64,000 bases of DNA from a virus (IMGVR_UViG_3300032007_000069:1-64000); one strand, 5' to 3'; counted from the stretch's first letter, positions 29,220 to 38,523 are shown. Notes: a model not told the origin generated them from the sequence alone. Numbers and translations: made by a program.

Positions 29220-29536
29220 TGAAGCTTGTGTTCAATAACATCATCCCCTTCAAGGGCTATGCTGCCATGTGTATCGGCAACCTCGTGTTCGTGAGGAAAG
29301 GAGTGCGAGTCACGACGACCCTCATCAATCACGAGGCCATACACTCTGAGCAGTGGAAGGAGTGCCTGTATGTGTTCTTCCTGCCCATCTACGTCCTGTC
29401 ATTCCTTTGGCAGTTCGTTAGGTGCTGGAAGTGGCACCAGGCATATCGGAGCGTATGCTTCGAGCGTGAAGCCTATGCCCACCAGTCAGAAGAAGGCTAC
29501 CTCTCAAAGAGGAAGCGCTTCGCTTGGGTAAGGTAG
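29219..29536 (+). CDS. Small hydrophobic protein with an HExxH motif
   Basis: NHEAIH followed by a hydrophobic stretch; first gene of the lysis region. Confidence 0.6.
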   Translation: MKLVFNNIIPFKGYAAMCIGNLVFVRKGVRVTTTLINHEAIHSEQWKECLYVFFLPIYVLSFLWQFVRCWKWHQAYRSVCFEREAYAHQSEEGYLSKRKRFAWVR

Positions 29537-29610
29537 TTTGTTGGCTTCTATCTGCACTGCGGTCGTGAAGGTGGAGCCGGTTATGGTTGAATCATTTGTT
29601 TAACGTAAAA

Positions 29611-29973
29611 ATGGATTTCAGTGTAGTATTAGAAGTATTCGCGGCTGTTACTACAGCCCTTGGCGGTTGGGAGGCCATCAAGTACCTCCTAAACCGCAAG
29701 ACGAACCAGCGCAAGGAAGAGGCGGAAGCCGACAGCGTGGAGTTCGGTGTGCTCAAAGAGACGATAACCTTCCTGCAGGAACAGCTCCATGAACAGGTTA
29801 TGCAGGATGCGGAGAAGGAGAAGCGTTTCGTAGAGCAGACTCAGCGATTGCGGAAGGTGCAGGATGAAAACTCGAAGCTCCTGCAGGAGAAAGCCAAGCT
29901 GGAGTTAGACCTTCAGATGTACCGCTGCATTCGGAAGAAATGTAATAATCGTGAACCTCAAAACGGCTATTAA
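29611..29973 (+). CDS. Holin candidate (one N-terminal TM plus coiled coil)
   Basis: Hydrophobic N-terminus, directly upstream of the endolysin. Confidence 0.5.
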   Translation: MDFSVVLEVFAAVTTALGGWEAIKYLLNRKTNQRKEEAEADSVEFGVLKETITFLQEQLHEQVMQDAEKEKRFVEQTQRLRKVQDENSKLLQEKAKLELDLQMYRCIRKKCNNREPQNGY

Positions 29974-29975
29974 GT

Positions 29976-30761
29976 ATGGTTTTGAAAAAAGGTAGTAAAG
30001 GACAGGAGGTCAAGGCGCTGCAAGGTGCCTTGCACCTCTATCCGCAAGACGGCATCTTCGGTCAGAAGACGGAGGATGCGGTGAAAGCGTTTCAGAAGGC
30101 CAAAGGCTTGAAGGTCGATGGCATAGTCGGTAACCAGACTTGGGCGCTCCTGTTTCCCGAAGACAATGGCGGTCTCGCCATCACGAAGGGATATATCAGC
30201 ACCCATATCACACCTCTGAGGAACAGGCCCATCAAGTACATTGCCGTCCACTACACGGCAGGCAGCACCTCAAGAAAGGGCACGGCACTCAACGCGAGGA
30301 ACGTGTTCTTGAAGCGTAAAGCCTCTGCTGACTTCGTGGTGGATGATGGTAGTATCGTGCAAATCAATCCAGATCTGCAGAACTACTACTGCTGGAGCGT
30401 GGGCGACAAGAAGAACCCATATTCGGGCGGTGGCAGGCTCTATGGTGTGGCCACCAACAGGAACACTATCTCGATAGAGGTCTGTTCCAATCTGAAGAGC
30501 GGTTTCTCTGTCAACTATGCAAACCATGAAGGATGGTACTTCACGGAGGCCTCACTCGACAACGCTCTGAAGCTCATAAGGCATCTGATGAAGAAGTACG
30601 GTGTTCCTAAGAGCAACGTTGTTCGCCACTATGACGTGTCGGGAAAGCTGTGCCCAGGTGTGGTAGGCTGGAACGACTCCTATGTTTATGAAGACAACGG
30701 CAAGCAGCTCAGCAAGAAGAGCGACAGCTCGAAGTGGCTTGCCTTCTGGTCAAGAATCTAA
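29976..30761 (+). CDS. Endolysin: peptidoglycan-binding domain plus N-acetylmuramoyl-L-alanine amidase
   Basis: DGIFGQKTEDAVKAFQ...DGIVG (PG_binding_1); VHYT, SIEVC and RHYDVSGKLCP (Amidase_2). Confidence 0.9.
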   Translation: MVLKKGSKGQEVKALQGALHLYPQDGIFGQKTEDAVKAFQKAKGLKVDGIVGNQTWALLFPEDNGGLAITKGYISTHITPLRNRPIKYIAVHYTAGSTSRKGTALNARNVFLKRKASADFVVDDGSIVQINPDLQNYYCWSVGDKKNPYSGGGRLYGVATNRNTISIEVCSNLKSGFSVNYANHEGWYFTEASLDNALKLIRHLMKKYGVPKSNVVRHYDVSGKLCPGVVGWNDSYVYEDNGKQLSKKSDSSKWLAFWSRI

Positions 30762-30773
30762 ATCGGTAAAGTT

Positions 30774-31370
30774 ATGATGGACTACATGAACCCCAACGAA
30801 CACTGGCTCAATCCCGAACTGATGAAGGATATGAAGCCGGATGATGCACAGAAGCTTGGATGCTGCACAGCCATCGGCTACATTGCAGCCATCTTCGTAG
30901 GTCTGCTCCTTTGCGCCCTGCTCGGCTCCTGCAGAAGTCACAAGGACGTAGTGAACGAAACCAGGGACAGCGTGAGGGTGGAGGTCAAGGAGAAGATCGT
31001 CTATGTGCCGGACACGACCTACATCACCATCCCTGCTCAGTCGGCAGAGGTGACGGTCAAGGACAGCACGAGCCATCTGGAGAACGAGTACGCTGAGTCC
31101 GATGCCCGTATCAACCCAGACGGCACCCTGTTCCACTCGCTGGCCACCAAGCCGCAGGAAAAGCCTGTGGAGTTCCAGAAGCCTATCGTCTCAAAGGACA
31201 GCATACGTGTCGAGACGAAATGGCGGACGCGAACCATCACCAAGGAGGTCGAGCGCAAGAAGACATGGTGGGAGCAAACGAAGTCCTACGGCTTCTATGT
31301 GCTTGTGTTGCTTACTTTGTTCCGCTACCGAAAGAAAATCTGGAAAGTGCTCATGGCCATCAAGGTCTGA
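30774..31370 (+). CDS. Spanin-like lipoprotein (lipobox plus C-terminal TM)
   Basis: LLLCALLGS-C lipobox; C-terminal hydrophobic helix followed by basic residues; follows the endolysin. Confidence 0.55.
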   Translation: MMDYMNPNEHWLNPELMKDMKPDDAQKLGCCTAIGYIAAIFVGLLLCALLGSCRSHKDVVNETRDSVRVEVKEKIVYVPDTTYITIPAQSAEVTVKDSTSHLENEYAESDARINPDGTLFHSLATKPQEKPVEFQKPIVSKDSIRVETKWRTRTITKEVERKKTWWEQTKSYGFYVLVLLTLFRYRKKIWKVLMAIKV

Positions 31371-31395
31371 GCTGGCGGACGTACAAACAGACAGC

Positions 31396-31805
31396 AAACG
31401 GGGCTACAAGTTTCTTGTGGTCTCGTTTTTGATGATGCCACAGGTGAACAAAAATCGGTCTTAACTCGCACTCCCACAATGTCTTACGAGTTGCACACCG
31501 AAAAAACGGGGCAACAAGCGGAACGGAAAATGTGTTCAACATGGATAGGCAAACAGGGCTACAAGAACGGAAAAAACGGGGCTACAAGAATTGCTTGTAA
31601 CTTGCACTACCACAATACATTACGGAAGAGGTGTCTGAAAAACGGGGCTACAAGAAGCCGAAAAACGGACACAAAACGAGGCACCAAACAGGGCAACAAA
31701 CGAGCACAATATAAGAATATATAAGAATGATAATATATAGGATTATTCACTTCGTTCATAATCCGCGAGGTCGTTTTTCCGAGGTTTAGCTTGCGCTAAA
31801 CTCGG
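31396..31805. repeat. Intergenic iteron-like array, AT-rich tract and two hairpins
   Basis: AAAC(G/A)GGGC(T/A)ACAA-type units at 31396, 31504, 31551, 31574 and 31640, with tandem units at 31663-31707; same motif as 48173-48218. Confidence 0.7.
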
Positions 31806-31894
31806 TTAGGTGTCTTGAAGCAGTTTCGTTAAAAGTGAGCAAAAGTTAAATCTTTGTGTATCAGCGATTTATAGAGAAAATAATTTGAAAAACG

Positions 31895-31926
31895 TTTTGT
31901 CAAATGAAAAAAAATGGCTATCTTTG
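31895..31926 (+). promoter_or_regulatory. Class A phage promoter
   Basis: TTTTGTCAAATG...TATCTTTG with the same spacing. Confidence 0.75.
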
Positions 31927-31965
31927 CATTGATATAAGAAACAAAACCATCTAAATGAAAGAGCA

Positions 31966-32274
31966 ATGAAAACAGCAGAAGTAAACCAGAGCTTAGTCGG
32001 TAAGAGAGTCCGGATAACCGAAGGCCTGTATAAGGGCGAAGGTACGATTGTAGCAACAGTCGAGGGCAAGACGAAGAACCACCCGAAGAGGATAGCAGAA
32101 GGTGAGCCGGAAGAGGTCGTCTGCTCCAAGGGAGTGAGAGTTCATCTTGACAAGCCAGTGTTCCAGTCCTCTGGCTACGGAGTCCAGCACACGGAATGGT
32201 GGGAGGATGAGGCTGACATGACAGCAAGAGTGTTCGATGATTGGGGAAGCCTCCAGTACGTCGAATTGATATAG
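31966..32274 (+). CDS. Hypothetical protein
   Basis: ORF with an AAGAGCA-ATG start, after a promoter. Confidence 0.75.
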   Translation: MKTAEVNQSLVGKRVRITEGLYKGEGTIVATVEGKTKNHPKRIAEGEPEEVVCSKGVRVHLDKPVFQSSGYGVQHTEWWEDEADMTARVFDDWGSLQYVELI

Positions 32275-32300
32275 TGTCTAACATCTAAAGTAAAAGAGCA

Positions 32301-32789
32301 ATGGAAAGAAGCAGATTGAAAGCAGCCGTTGAAGAAATGACGGCCATCCTGCAGGAAATGCAGGAAGAAGCGAACGAGTACGACCGCCAGCGGTCAGCAT
32401 GGTATTATGAGCAGCTTGAGCAGCATCACAGCGGTCTCAGCACCATAGCCGAGTTCCAGAACGAGACAGTGGAGAACTACAGGAAGCTGCACAGCGACTT
32501 CTACATCGGTGACTTGATTCACAGAGTCGAGAACCTGGAGAAGCGTCTGGATTTCTTCAACGTGAATAATGCGATGCTCCAGCAGTTCAAGGCAGAGGCC
32601 AAGAACCGGGTGCCTGCAGGCTGGAAGTATTGGGAAGTGACTTACAAGGACAGCCAGTGTGCCGTTGACCAGCACTCGAACTTCTATGCGCCCACTCCGG
32701 AAGAGGCAGGTGAAATGTGCAAGAAGGTGTACTGCTTCGGTCACAACACTATCGACATCGTAGAAGTGAAGGAGGTAAGCCATGATTGA
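32301..32789 (+). CDS. Hypothetical protein
   Basis: ORF with an AAGAGCA-ATG start. Confidence 0.75.
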   Translation: MERSRLKAAVEEMTAILQEMQEEANEYDRQRSAWYYEQLEQHHSGLSTIAEFQNETVENYRKLHSDFYIGDLIHRVENLEKRLDFFNVNNAMLQQFKAEAKNRVPAGWKYWEVTYKDSQCAVDQHSNFYAPTPEEAGEMCKKVYCFGHNTIDIVEVKEVSHD

Positions 32790-32997
32790 TTTGCCTGCAA
32801 TCGCCCAGCAGATATTAGATACTGCCTGGAGCCAGTTGGAAGATGCCGACTACGAGAACCATGCGCGTGTAATCATAGGTGGTGACATGGTGCTCATTGA
32901 CAGAGACGAGTTTGAGGAGTTGAAGCAGGTTGTCACCAATGACAGAGATCTGCAGGACTTCGAGGAAATAGTAACCATCAAAGAAGAAGACTTATGA
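32782..32997 (+). CDS. Small acidic hypothetical protein
   Basis: Overlap-coupled ORF. Confidence 0.65.
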   Translation: MIDLPAIAQQILDTAWSQLEDADYENHARVIIGGDMVLIDRDEFEELKQVVTNDRDLQDFEEIVTIKEEDL

Positions 32998-33713
32998 GAT
33001 TGAAGCATATCACATTTACTGGCATTGATTGGCGAACGAGCATGAATGCCTTGTTGGAGATTCAACGTCAGTACCCACTTGTAGAGTTCGGTGTATTGAC
33101 AAGTTATCATTGGAGCGAGAACGGGAACCGCTATTTGCGTCCGGACATCATTCGAGGATTGCGAGGAAGAGGTCTGAACCTCTCACTCCATCTATGTGGT
33201 TCTGCAGCACATGATGCAGCAGTAGGTGAGTGGGAGAAGATAGACGAGTTGTTGCTCGGTTCTCTCGACATCTTCAATCGTGTGCAGTTGAATATATCGA
33301 GCAGGAAGGACAACCCCGAGCACTGCTGGATTCCTCTGGTCATAGGTCAGGAGCTTATCGTGCAACAGCATGACGGTGACGATATGCCTGTCTATAAAGC
33401 AACGGTCAAGAAGTGGTCAGAGCATCCGTTCCCACATCGAGATACCATCAGCGTCCTGTTGGATGCAAGCGGAGGTCGTGGCATAGACACACCATTAAAG
33501 GTTTTGCCTACAAGTGGCAAGGTAGGCTATGCAGGAGGCTTCAACCCAGATAACGTAGGCGAGAAGCTGTCGTTCCTGCTGGAGAACACTCGTATGGGTG
33601 AGTTTTGGATAGATATGGAGTCTGGAGTAAGAACAGACGATTGGTTCGATACCGACAAGGTATTACAAGTGCTTCAGACGTGTCAACAGGTAATCAAAGA
33701 GCATGAGGTATGA
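32994..33713 (+). CDS. Phosphoribosylanthranilate isomerase-like TIM-barrel protein
   Basis: LLDASGGRG, YAGGFNPDNV and WIDMESGVR resemble TrpF C-terminal motifs. Confidence 0.6.
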   Translation: MRLKHITFTGIDWRTSMNALLEIQRQYPLVEFGVLTSYHWSENGNRYLRPDIIRGLRGRGLNLSLHLCGSAAHDAAVGEWEKIDELLLGSLDIFNRVQLNISSRKDNPEHCWIPLVIGQELIVQQHDGDDMPVYKATVKKWSEHPFPHRDTISVLLDASGGRGIDTPLKVLPTSGKVGYAGGFNPDNVGEKLSFLLENTRMGEFWIDMESGVRTDDWFDTDKVLQVLQTCQQVIKEHEV

Positions 33714-34213
33714 AGAAGATTGATTTTTACGAGAAGAAGAAGGCCTTGCATCTGGAAATGCTTGAGGCCATCGTTGCCCTCTTCGAGAAGGCTGGCTTTG
33801 ACGAGATAGACTTCCTGCCGGAAGGAGAGTGGCAGCGTAACGCATACGTCCTGTACTGCCCAGATGGAGCATACAGCATACAGGAGTTCCGGGTATGGAA
33901 GGTTCGCTGCAATGATGGACTGATAGAGGTTCTTGCGGAAGGTGACGAGGATGAGCACTGGATTTCCTGCGAACATGCAGGTGACATCATGACAGACTCC
34001 CTCGACAGCCTGTATGAGGCGGTGTATGATGAAGTGGCAGATCTGAACCATGTGTACTACGTCTGCGAGCTTGACGAGAATGGCAAGCCCACAGGCAAGG
34101 TCACGAAAGAGACATGGCGACTGGAGTATGCAGAGAGTCAGATGGAGAGCCGAGGTTTCATCTATAACGACTTCGAGACTGCCTTGCTGCACGCTCAGTA
34201 CGGCAAAAGTTAA
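33710..34213 (+). CDS. Hypothetical protein
   Basis: Overlap-coupled ORF. Confidence 0.7.
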   Translation: MKKIDFYEKKKALHLEMLEAIVALFEKAGFDEIDFLPEGEWQRNAYVLYCPDGAYSIQEFRVWKVRCNDGLIEVLAEGDEDEHWISCEHAGDIMTDSLDSLYEAVYDEVADLNHVYYVCELDENGKPTGKVTKETWRLEYAESQMESRGFIYNDFETALLHAQYGKS

Positions 34214-34248
34214 ACTATCTGTAGCAGCAGCGATTTCGTGCGATTTCG

Positions 34249-34280
34249 TTTGCTCAAATGCTATTTTTTGGCTAACTTTA
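34249..34280 (+). promoter_or_regulatory. Class A phage promoter
   Basis: TTTGCTCAAATG...TAACTTTA. Confidence 0.65.
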
Positions 34281-34325
34281 CAGCGTTATAAGAAACAAGA
34301 TTCATTCATCTAAACGCTAAGAGCA

Positions 34326-34841
34326 ATGGAAGCAAAATCAAAGGTCGTAAAGACGAAAAAGATGATGTGGAAAGGCAAGGCCTACGACATCGAACTGACA
34401 GAAGAGCAGCTGAATGACATTCGCCATGAGGCTGACGTGTGCAAGCTGAACGGATGGGGGTACGACATATTCCTCCAGTGCCGTGTCGGCAACATGATTA
34501 GGGAAGACTGGCCGGAAGTTTGTGCCACCTGCTTCAAGGAGGCGAACCCAGAACTGAAGGTCGGCTTGGGTGCAACGATGAACCTCTATAGTGACCGCAG
34601 GGCCATGACGATAGTCGAGGTCGTGAGTCCGAAGGAGATAGTGGTTGCGCACAACGACGTGGAGTGCCTGGACTACTACGCTGGCAGCTACGAGGTCAAG
34701 CCGACGTACAATAAGAACAGGACTTGTTCCTTCACCCTCAGACGTAACGGCACATGGGTAGAGAAGGACATGCCTAAAGAGAATGGTTGTGTAACATTGA
34801 CGGTAGGTGTGCAGAGACACTACATCGACCCGTCGTTCTAA
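34326..34841 (+). CDS. Hypothetical protein
   Basis: AAGAGCA-ATG start. Confidence 0.75.
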   Translation: MEAKSKVVKTKKMMWKGKAYDIELTEEQLNDIRHEADVCKLNGWGYDIFLQCRVGNMIREDWPEVCATCFKEANPELKVGLGATMNLYSDRRAMTIVEVVSPKEIVVAHNDVECLDYYAGSYEVKPTYNKNRTCSFTLRRNGTWVEKDMPKENGCVTLTVGVQRHYIDPSF

Positions 34842-34855
34842 GAAAGGAGGACACT

Positions 34856-35089
34856 ATGAACAAGGCAAGAAGAAAGTGGCTGGAAGACGTCATTGAGAAG
34901 ATCGAGGAGGCTCAGCAGGAAATCGCCAGCATCGCTGAGGAAGAACGCGAGTGCTTCGACAACATGCCCGAAGGTCTGCAGGAAGGTGAGCGTGGCCAGT
35001 CCATCAGCGACAATGCAGACAGCCTCGAAGAAGCGGACAGCGATTTCGAGTCATTGTTAGACACCCTCAGAGAGGTATTGGAGAGATAG
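34856..35089 (+). CDS. Small acidic coiled-coil protein
   Basis: ATG 34856 preceded by AAAGGAGG. Confidence 0.7.
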   Translation: MNKARRKWLEDVIEKIEEAQQEIASIAEEERECFDNMPEGLQEGERGQSISDNADSLEEADSDFESLLDTLREVLER

Positions 35090-35092
35090 CCT

Positions 35093-35338
35093 ATGCAGAC
35101 GTTGGAGAAGAAGTTCCCGAATGGCTCAGTCCACACCTATACGCTGACAGAGCCGGACAAGGCTGGCACCACCTCCCATCGGTGGGCTACGAAGGACGGC
35201 AAGCCGTTCCTCCATATCATGCCGAGTGAGGAAGGATATTGCAACCTGTTTATCCATTGCGGAGAGGCAGGGTATCTGAAGCAAGGGGAGCTGATGGTTC
35301 CCTTCGACAAGTTGAACATTGAAATGATAGCGATATGA
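35093..35338 (+). CDS. Hypothetical protein
   Basis: Operonic ORF. Confidence 0.65.
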   Translation: MQTLEKKFPNGSVHTYTLTEPDKAGTTSHRWATKDGKPFLHIMPSEEGYCNLFIHCGEAGYLKQGELMVPFDKLNIEMIAI

Positions 35339-35511
35339 GCGAGAGTCTTAAAGAACTACTGAAGCAGCGTGACGGACATATTCCGACCGTGCTGCACTAC
35401 GAGGAGCTGCTGTATGCCATAACGAACAAGCTTGACATCAGTTATGAGACAGCACGCAAGAGATACGGTCAATACACCTATGCCCAATGGGCGAAGATAA
35501 TCAAGTTTTAA
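35335..35511 (+). CDS. Small hypothetical protein (58 aa, not in the ORF track)
   Basis: ATGA overlap; MSESLKELLKQRDG...AKIIKF; fills the gap between neighbours. Confidence 0.6.
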   Translation: MSESLKELLKQRDGHIPTVLHYEELLYAITNKLDISYETARKRYGQYTYAQWAKIIKF

Positions 35512-35522
35512 CACTAAGAGCA

Positions 35523-35903
35523 ATGAACATGAAAGCAGAAACATTCATCGAGAACAACGTGGTTGAGAACGGAGGTTTCAACCAGCTTGAGGTAGTCGTG
35601 AAGAACGATGCCCTGGAGGCAGTGAAGATTGCCCACAACGATGCAGTCAAGAAGTGGAGCCTATGGTGCTTCAACTATCACACCCCCTTCGAGCGTACCA
35701 TCTGTGAGATTTGGGGTGGAACGCTTGCTGGCTTCGGTGGCCGGTACTACTGCGAGAACAACCACTTCACCCAGCACTTGATAGAGAAGTGGCAGTCATT
35801 CGAGAACAGAGGTGACGCAAGGATGCTGTTCTTCTACTGCGACCTTGACAGCGGTCTCAGAGAGCAGCTTGTGAATTGGGTCATGGAACACTACGCTGGA
35901 TAG
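35523..35903 (+). CDS. Hypothetical protein
   Basis: AAGAGCA-ATG start at 35523. Confidence 0.7.
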   Translation: MNMKAETFIENNVVENGGFNQLEVVVKNDALEAVKIAHNDAVKKWSLWCFNYHTPFERTICEIWGGTLAGFGGRYYCENNHFTQHLIEKWQSFENRGDARMLFFYCDLDSGLREQLVNWVMEHYAG

Positions 35904-35904
35904 T

Positions 35905-36171
35905 ATGCAGTTCGGTATAAACTGGAACGATGGCTACGAAGTGACCGTGCTGATGGTCGGAGAACATGGCTTTCTGAGGCACTTTCCCTTGCGCAACTTC
36001 GGAGAGCACCAAGGCGATGCGAGAATCTTCAAGGAGGTCGATTGCCCGAAGCTGACAGATGCCCAGATCCGTATGCTGATTAAGAACTACGACCCGAAAG
36101 TGAAGTACAAGCGGATAAGCGGAACGAGGTTTGTCCGTGAGAAGGTCACAGACCAAGAACGTAGTCAATGA
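35905..36171 (+). CDS. Hypothetical protein
   Basis: Last gene of the operon; overlaps the integrase stop tail-to-tail. Confidence 0.6.
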   Translation: MQFGINWNDGYEVTVLMVGEHGFLRHFPLRNFGEHQGDARIFKEVDCPKLTDAQIRMLIKNYDPKVKYKRISGTRFVREKVTDQERSQ

Positions 36172-37360
36172 CCTTGCGGTTGGCTTCGTCCACCTTGCGA
36201 TAGTCCGGAGCGATATAGATGGCTGTTGTCTTGTTGCCATACGAATGGCCCAAGGCAGCAGTTATCGTTTCGCGCGGTATGTCGAGCTGGTTGGCGATGG
36301 TTGCCCATGAGTGCCTGGCCACATAGACGGAAAGACCAGGAAAGGCAGACAGGTACTCCAGAACTCGCTTCCCATCCTTCATGACGTGCCTGCGTGGTCC
36401 GATTTGCTTCAATGCCCTGTTGATTGTGCTTGTGTATGTGTGAGCGTCCTTGAAGTTGTCGGCTACGTTGAGCAGCTTCTTGGCTCCCCTGTAGCGGTCG
36501 ATGATTTCCTGTGCCTCCGGCTCAACCTTGATGTTATAGGGTCTGGAGGTTTTGGAACGCTGGTATATAATTCTACCATCCTCGACTTTTTCGAGGTCAC
36601 AGAGGTCAACAACGTTGATTCCGATGAGGTAAAATATCAGCTTAAACATGTCGAGGTACTTACGCTCGTGTGGCAGTACGGGATAGTTGAACAGCTCCCT
36701 CAGCCTCTCGACGGAGTATGCTCGCTTGATGGTTGGCACAGGTCTCACCATGAACTTGCGGAAAGGGTAGTTGTCTGTGATGTCGTTGTCGATGGCATCG
36801 TTGAACACGGCTCGGATATTGCGGAAGTGGATGCTCCTGGTATTCTGTGACGGCTCGAAGTCCATGAGGAAGGTGTCGAACTTCGTGAGCCAGTCCTTGT
36901 TGATCTGCTCGAAGGAGAGTTGTCCGGCCTTGGTGTCGTACTGCTCGATGCGCTTCAGAGTCTCTTGGTAGATTTCCCTTGTGCGCTGTTTCTTACGTGA
37001 TGCGGTGTAAGCCTTGAAGCGCGACAGGAACAGATTGCTGTTCTCTGCCATAGGGTCAAGCCTCTCCAGAACGATGTTCTTGATTTGGACGGCAGTCTTC
37101 TTGGTCAGCTCTCCGTCTGCAGTCATTTGAAGCAGTAGGTTGTCGATTCTCTGCTTCAAAGTCTGAATGTATGAGTTGAGCTGAACTTTGTTCGGGCAGT
37201 CCTTGACCTTGCCGATACGTTTGTCCCACTGGCTTGGCAGTATCTTGACATGAATGGAGAGGAGAGCGGTGTCGCTCTTCTTCGTGATGGCCAGCTTGAG
37301 CGGTGCAGGCTCGCCATGCTTGATTGCCCTTGTGTCGAGATAAAGCTTTGTCGTTACCAT
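36146..37360 (-). CDS. int: Tyrosine integrase
   Basis: N-terminal arm-binding and SAM-like domains; catalytic-type residues in RSKT, YVARHSW, ALGH and the Tyr of TAIY. Confidence 0.93.
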   Translation of the reverse strand: MVTTKLYLDTRAIKHGEPAPLKLAITKKSDTALLSIHVKILPSQWDKRIGKVKDCPNKVQLNSYIQTLKQRIDNLLLQMTADGELTKKTAVQIKNIVLERLDPMAENSNLFLSRFKAYTASRKKQRTREIYQETLKRIEQYDTKAGQLSFEQINKDWLTKFDTFLMDFEPSQNTRSIHFRNIRAVFNDAIDNDITDNYPFRKFMVRPVPTIKRAYSVERLRELFNYPVLPHERKYLDMFKLIFYLIGINVVDLCDLEKVEDGRIIYQRSKTSRPYNIKVEPEAQEIIDRYRGAKKLLNVADNFKDAHTYTSTINRALKQIGPRRHVMKDGKRVLEYLSAFPGLSVYVARHSWATIANQLDIPRETITAALGHSYGNKTTAIYIAPDYRKVDEANRKVIDYVLGL

Positions 37361-37364
37361 CTAT

Positions 37365-37688
37365 TTGCAGGTTTCTTGCAGGTGATCTCGCTGAACCTCC
37401 CTGTTTACGGGCTTCTGAGCCGTTTTTTGTTGCAGGTTATTTGCAGGTTTTTCGGTTCAGATTGAGCCAAAATGGTGCAAAGTTGTTCAGAAAGTAAGAA
37501 CGTCCACCTTTTGGGTGAACGTCTCAAAACCCTTTGTCTATCGGCTTTTCAGCGGAGAGAGGGGGATTCGAACCCCCGAAACACTTTTGATGTTTACACG
37601 CTTTCCAGGCGTGACTCCTGTCTTCGTATTTTGTTGTTTTCCAGCGACTTGCGAAAGCCTTGTTTCTGATTTGCAGGCTATTTGCAGG
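37365..37688. repeat. Integrase arm-type sites: three tandem pairs of TTGCAGG
   Basis: 37365/37376, 37430/37441 and 37671/37682; each pair has an 11-bp period and they flank the att core. Confidence 0.75.
37552..37613 (-). other. attP core: 3' part of tRNA-Ser(GGA)
   Basis: Minus strand CACGC-CTGGAAA-GCGTG, long variable arm, GGGGG-TTCGAAT-CCCCC, TCTCTCC-G; no 5' acceptor or D arm; next to int. Confidence 0.88.
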
Positions 37689-37784
37689 TTTTTTGACTTC
37701 GCCTGTATGCTTGCCGCTGTTTTGTTCATCATTTATTCTTCAAAGAGCGATTTCGGCACGTTTAAGCGCACGAAATGTTAAATC

Positions 37785-37900
37785 TTGGCATAAAATAGAA
37801 TTTTCTTAGGAAATCCTTTGGATATTCTAAATTAAATTGCTACCTTTGCACTACATTATTTATATAACCGCACAAAAGTAGGAAAAAAGTGCTTGAGTGC
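37785..37900. promoter_or_regulatory. Divergent promoter region between int and the xis operon
   Basis: Plus-strand TACCTTTG at 37831-37838; minus-strand TACTTTTG at 37872-37879; paralogous to 39834-39946. Confidence 0.6.
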
Positions 37901-37979
37901 AAAGGAAATTTGAAGAAAAATGACGCAAAGTGCACGATTTTTAACGAAAACAGGCAGAAATGGCCTCGAAATGTCACCA

Positions 37980-38288
37980 ATGAGGGCAAAATTGTTCGCT
38001 AAAGTGGCAAAAGAGGTGCATGACAGCATCTACGAATCATCCTTAGAATCGGACAATGCGTATGCCTCGTTTGACTGCAAGTCCGGAACCATCGAGGTTG
38101 AGCTGACCCGCTTCGGTGACGTGAACGTTTCAGTCGTGCATGAGAACGAACACTCATCCCCCACCCTTGAAAAGGCAATCAGCGAGCACCTGCCCGACTG
38201 GTCCGACGTTGAGGCTGAGGCTGAGAAGGACATGAGAGAAGAACAGGAGTTCCGTGACTACCTGTGGCGGAACTGCCGATATATGTAA
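37980..38288 (+). CDS. Hypothetical protein
   Basis: Acidic ORF; start uncertain (37920, 37971 or 37980). Confidence 0.65.
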   Translation: MRAKLFAKVAKEVHDSIYESSLESDNAYASFDCKSGTIEVELTRFGDVNVSVVHENEHSSPTLEKAISEHLPDWSDVEAEAEKDMREEQEFRDYLWRNCRYM

Positions 38289-38306
38289 CATCTAAAGGCA
38301 AGAGCA

Positions 38307-38522
38307 ATGAAGGAAACAAAAGAAATCTGGTCCCTCTTGAAGCATGAAGCCCAGTGGGACAGAATGACAGCCAAGCAAAAGCTGTTGACAGTCTGGTTCA
38401 GTCTGTCATTTGTATTGTTAGGTTTGTGTGGCGAGAGTCTGTTGTTCGCAGTGATAGCAGTTGCGAACTTCGGGCTCTCTGCCTATTTCACCACCAAGTA
38501 TGTACCGATGGAGGACGAGTAG
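38307..38522 (+). CDS. Small two-TM membrane protein
   Basis: Two hydrophobic helices; AAGAGCA-ATG start. Confidence 0.7.
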   Translation: MKETKEIWSLLKHEAQWDRMTAKQKLLTVWFSLSFVLLGLCGESLLFAVIAVANFGLSAYFTTKYVPMEDE

Positions 38523-38523
38523 T

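Noticed and set aside
31396-31740. Repeats as a CRISPR array, or the 31479-31724 ORF as a gene
   Set aside because: The units are 11-15 nt with irregular spacing and no cas genes. The ORF is simply the iteron sequence translated.
37552-37613. Functional tRNA-Ser gene
   Set aside because: The 5' acceptor strand and D arm are missing, so it is read as the att core.
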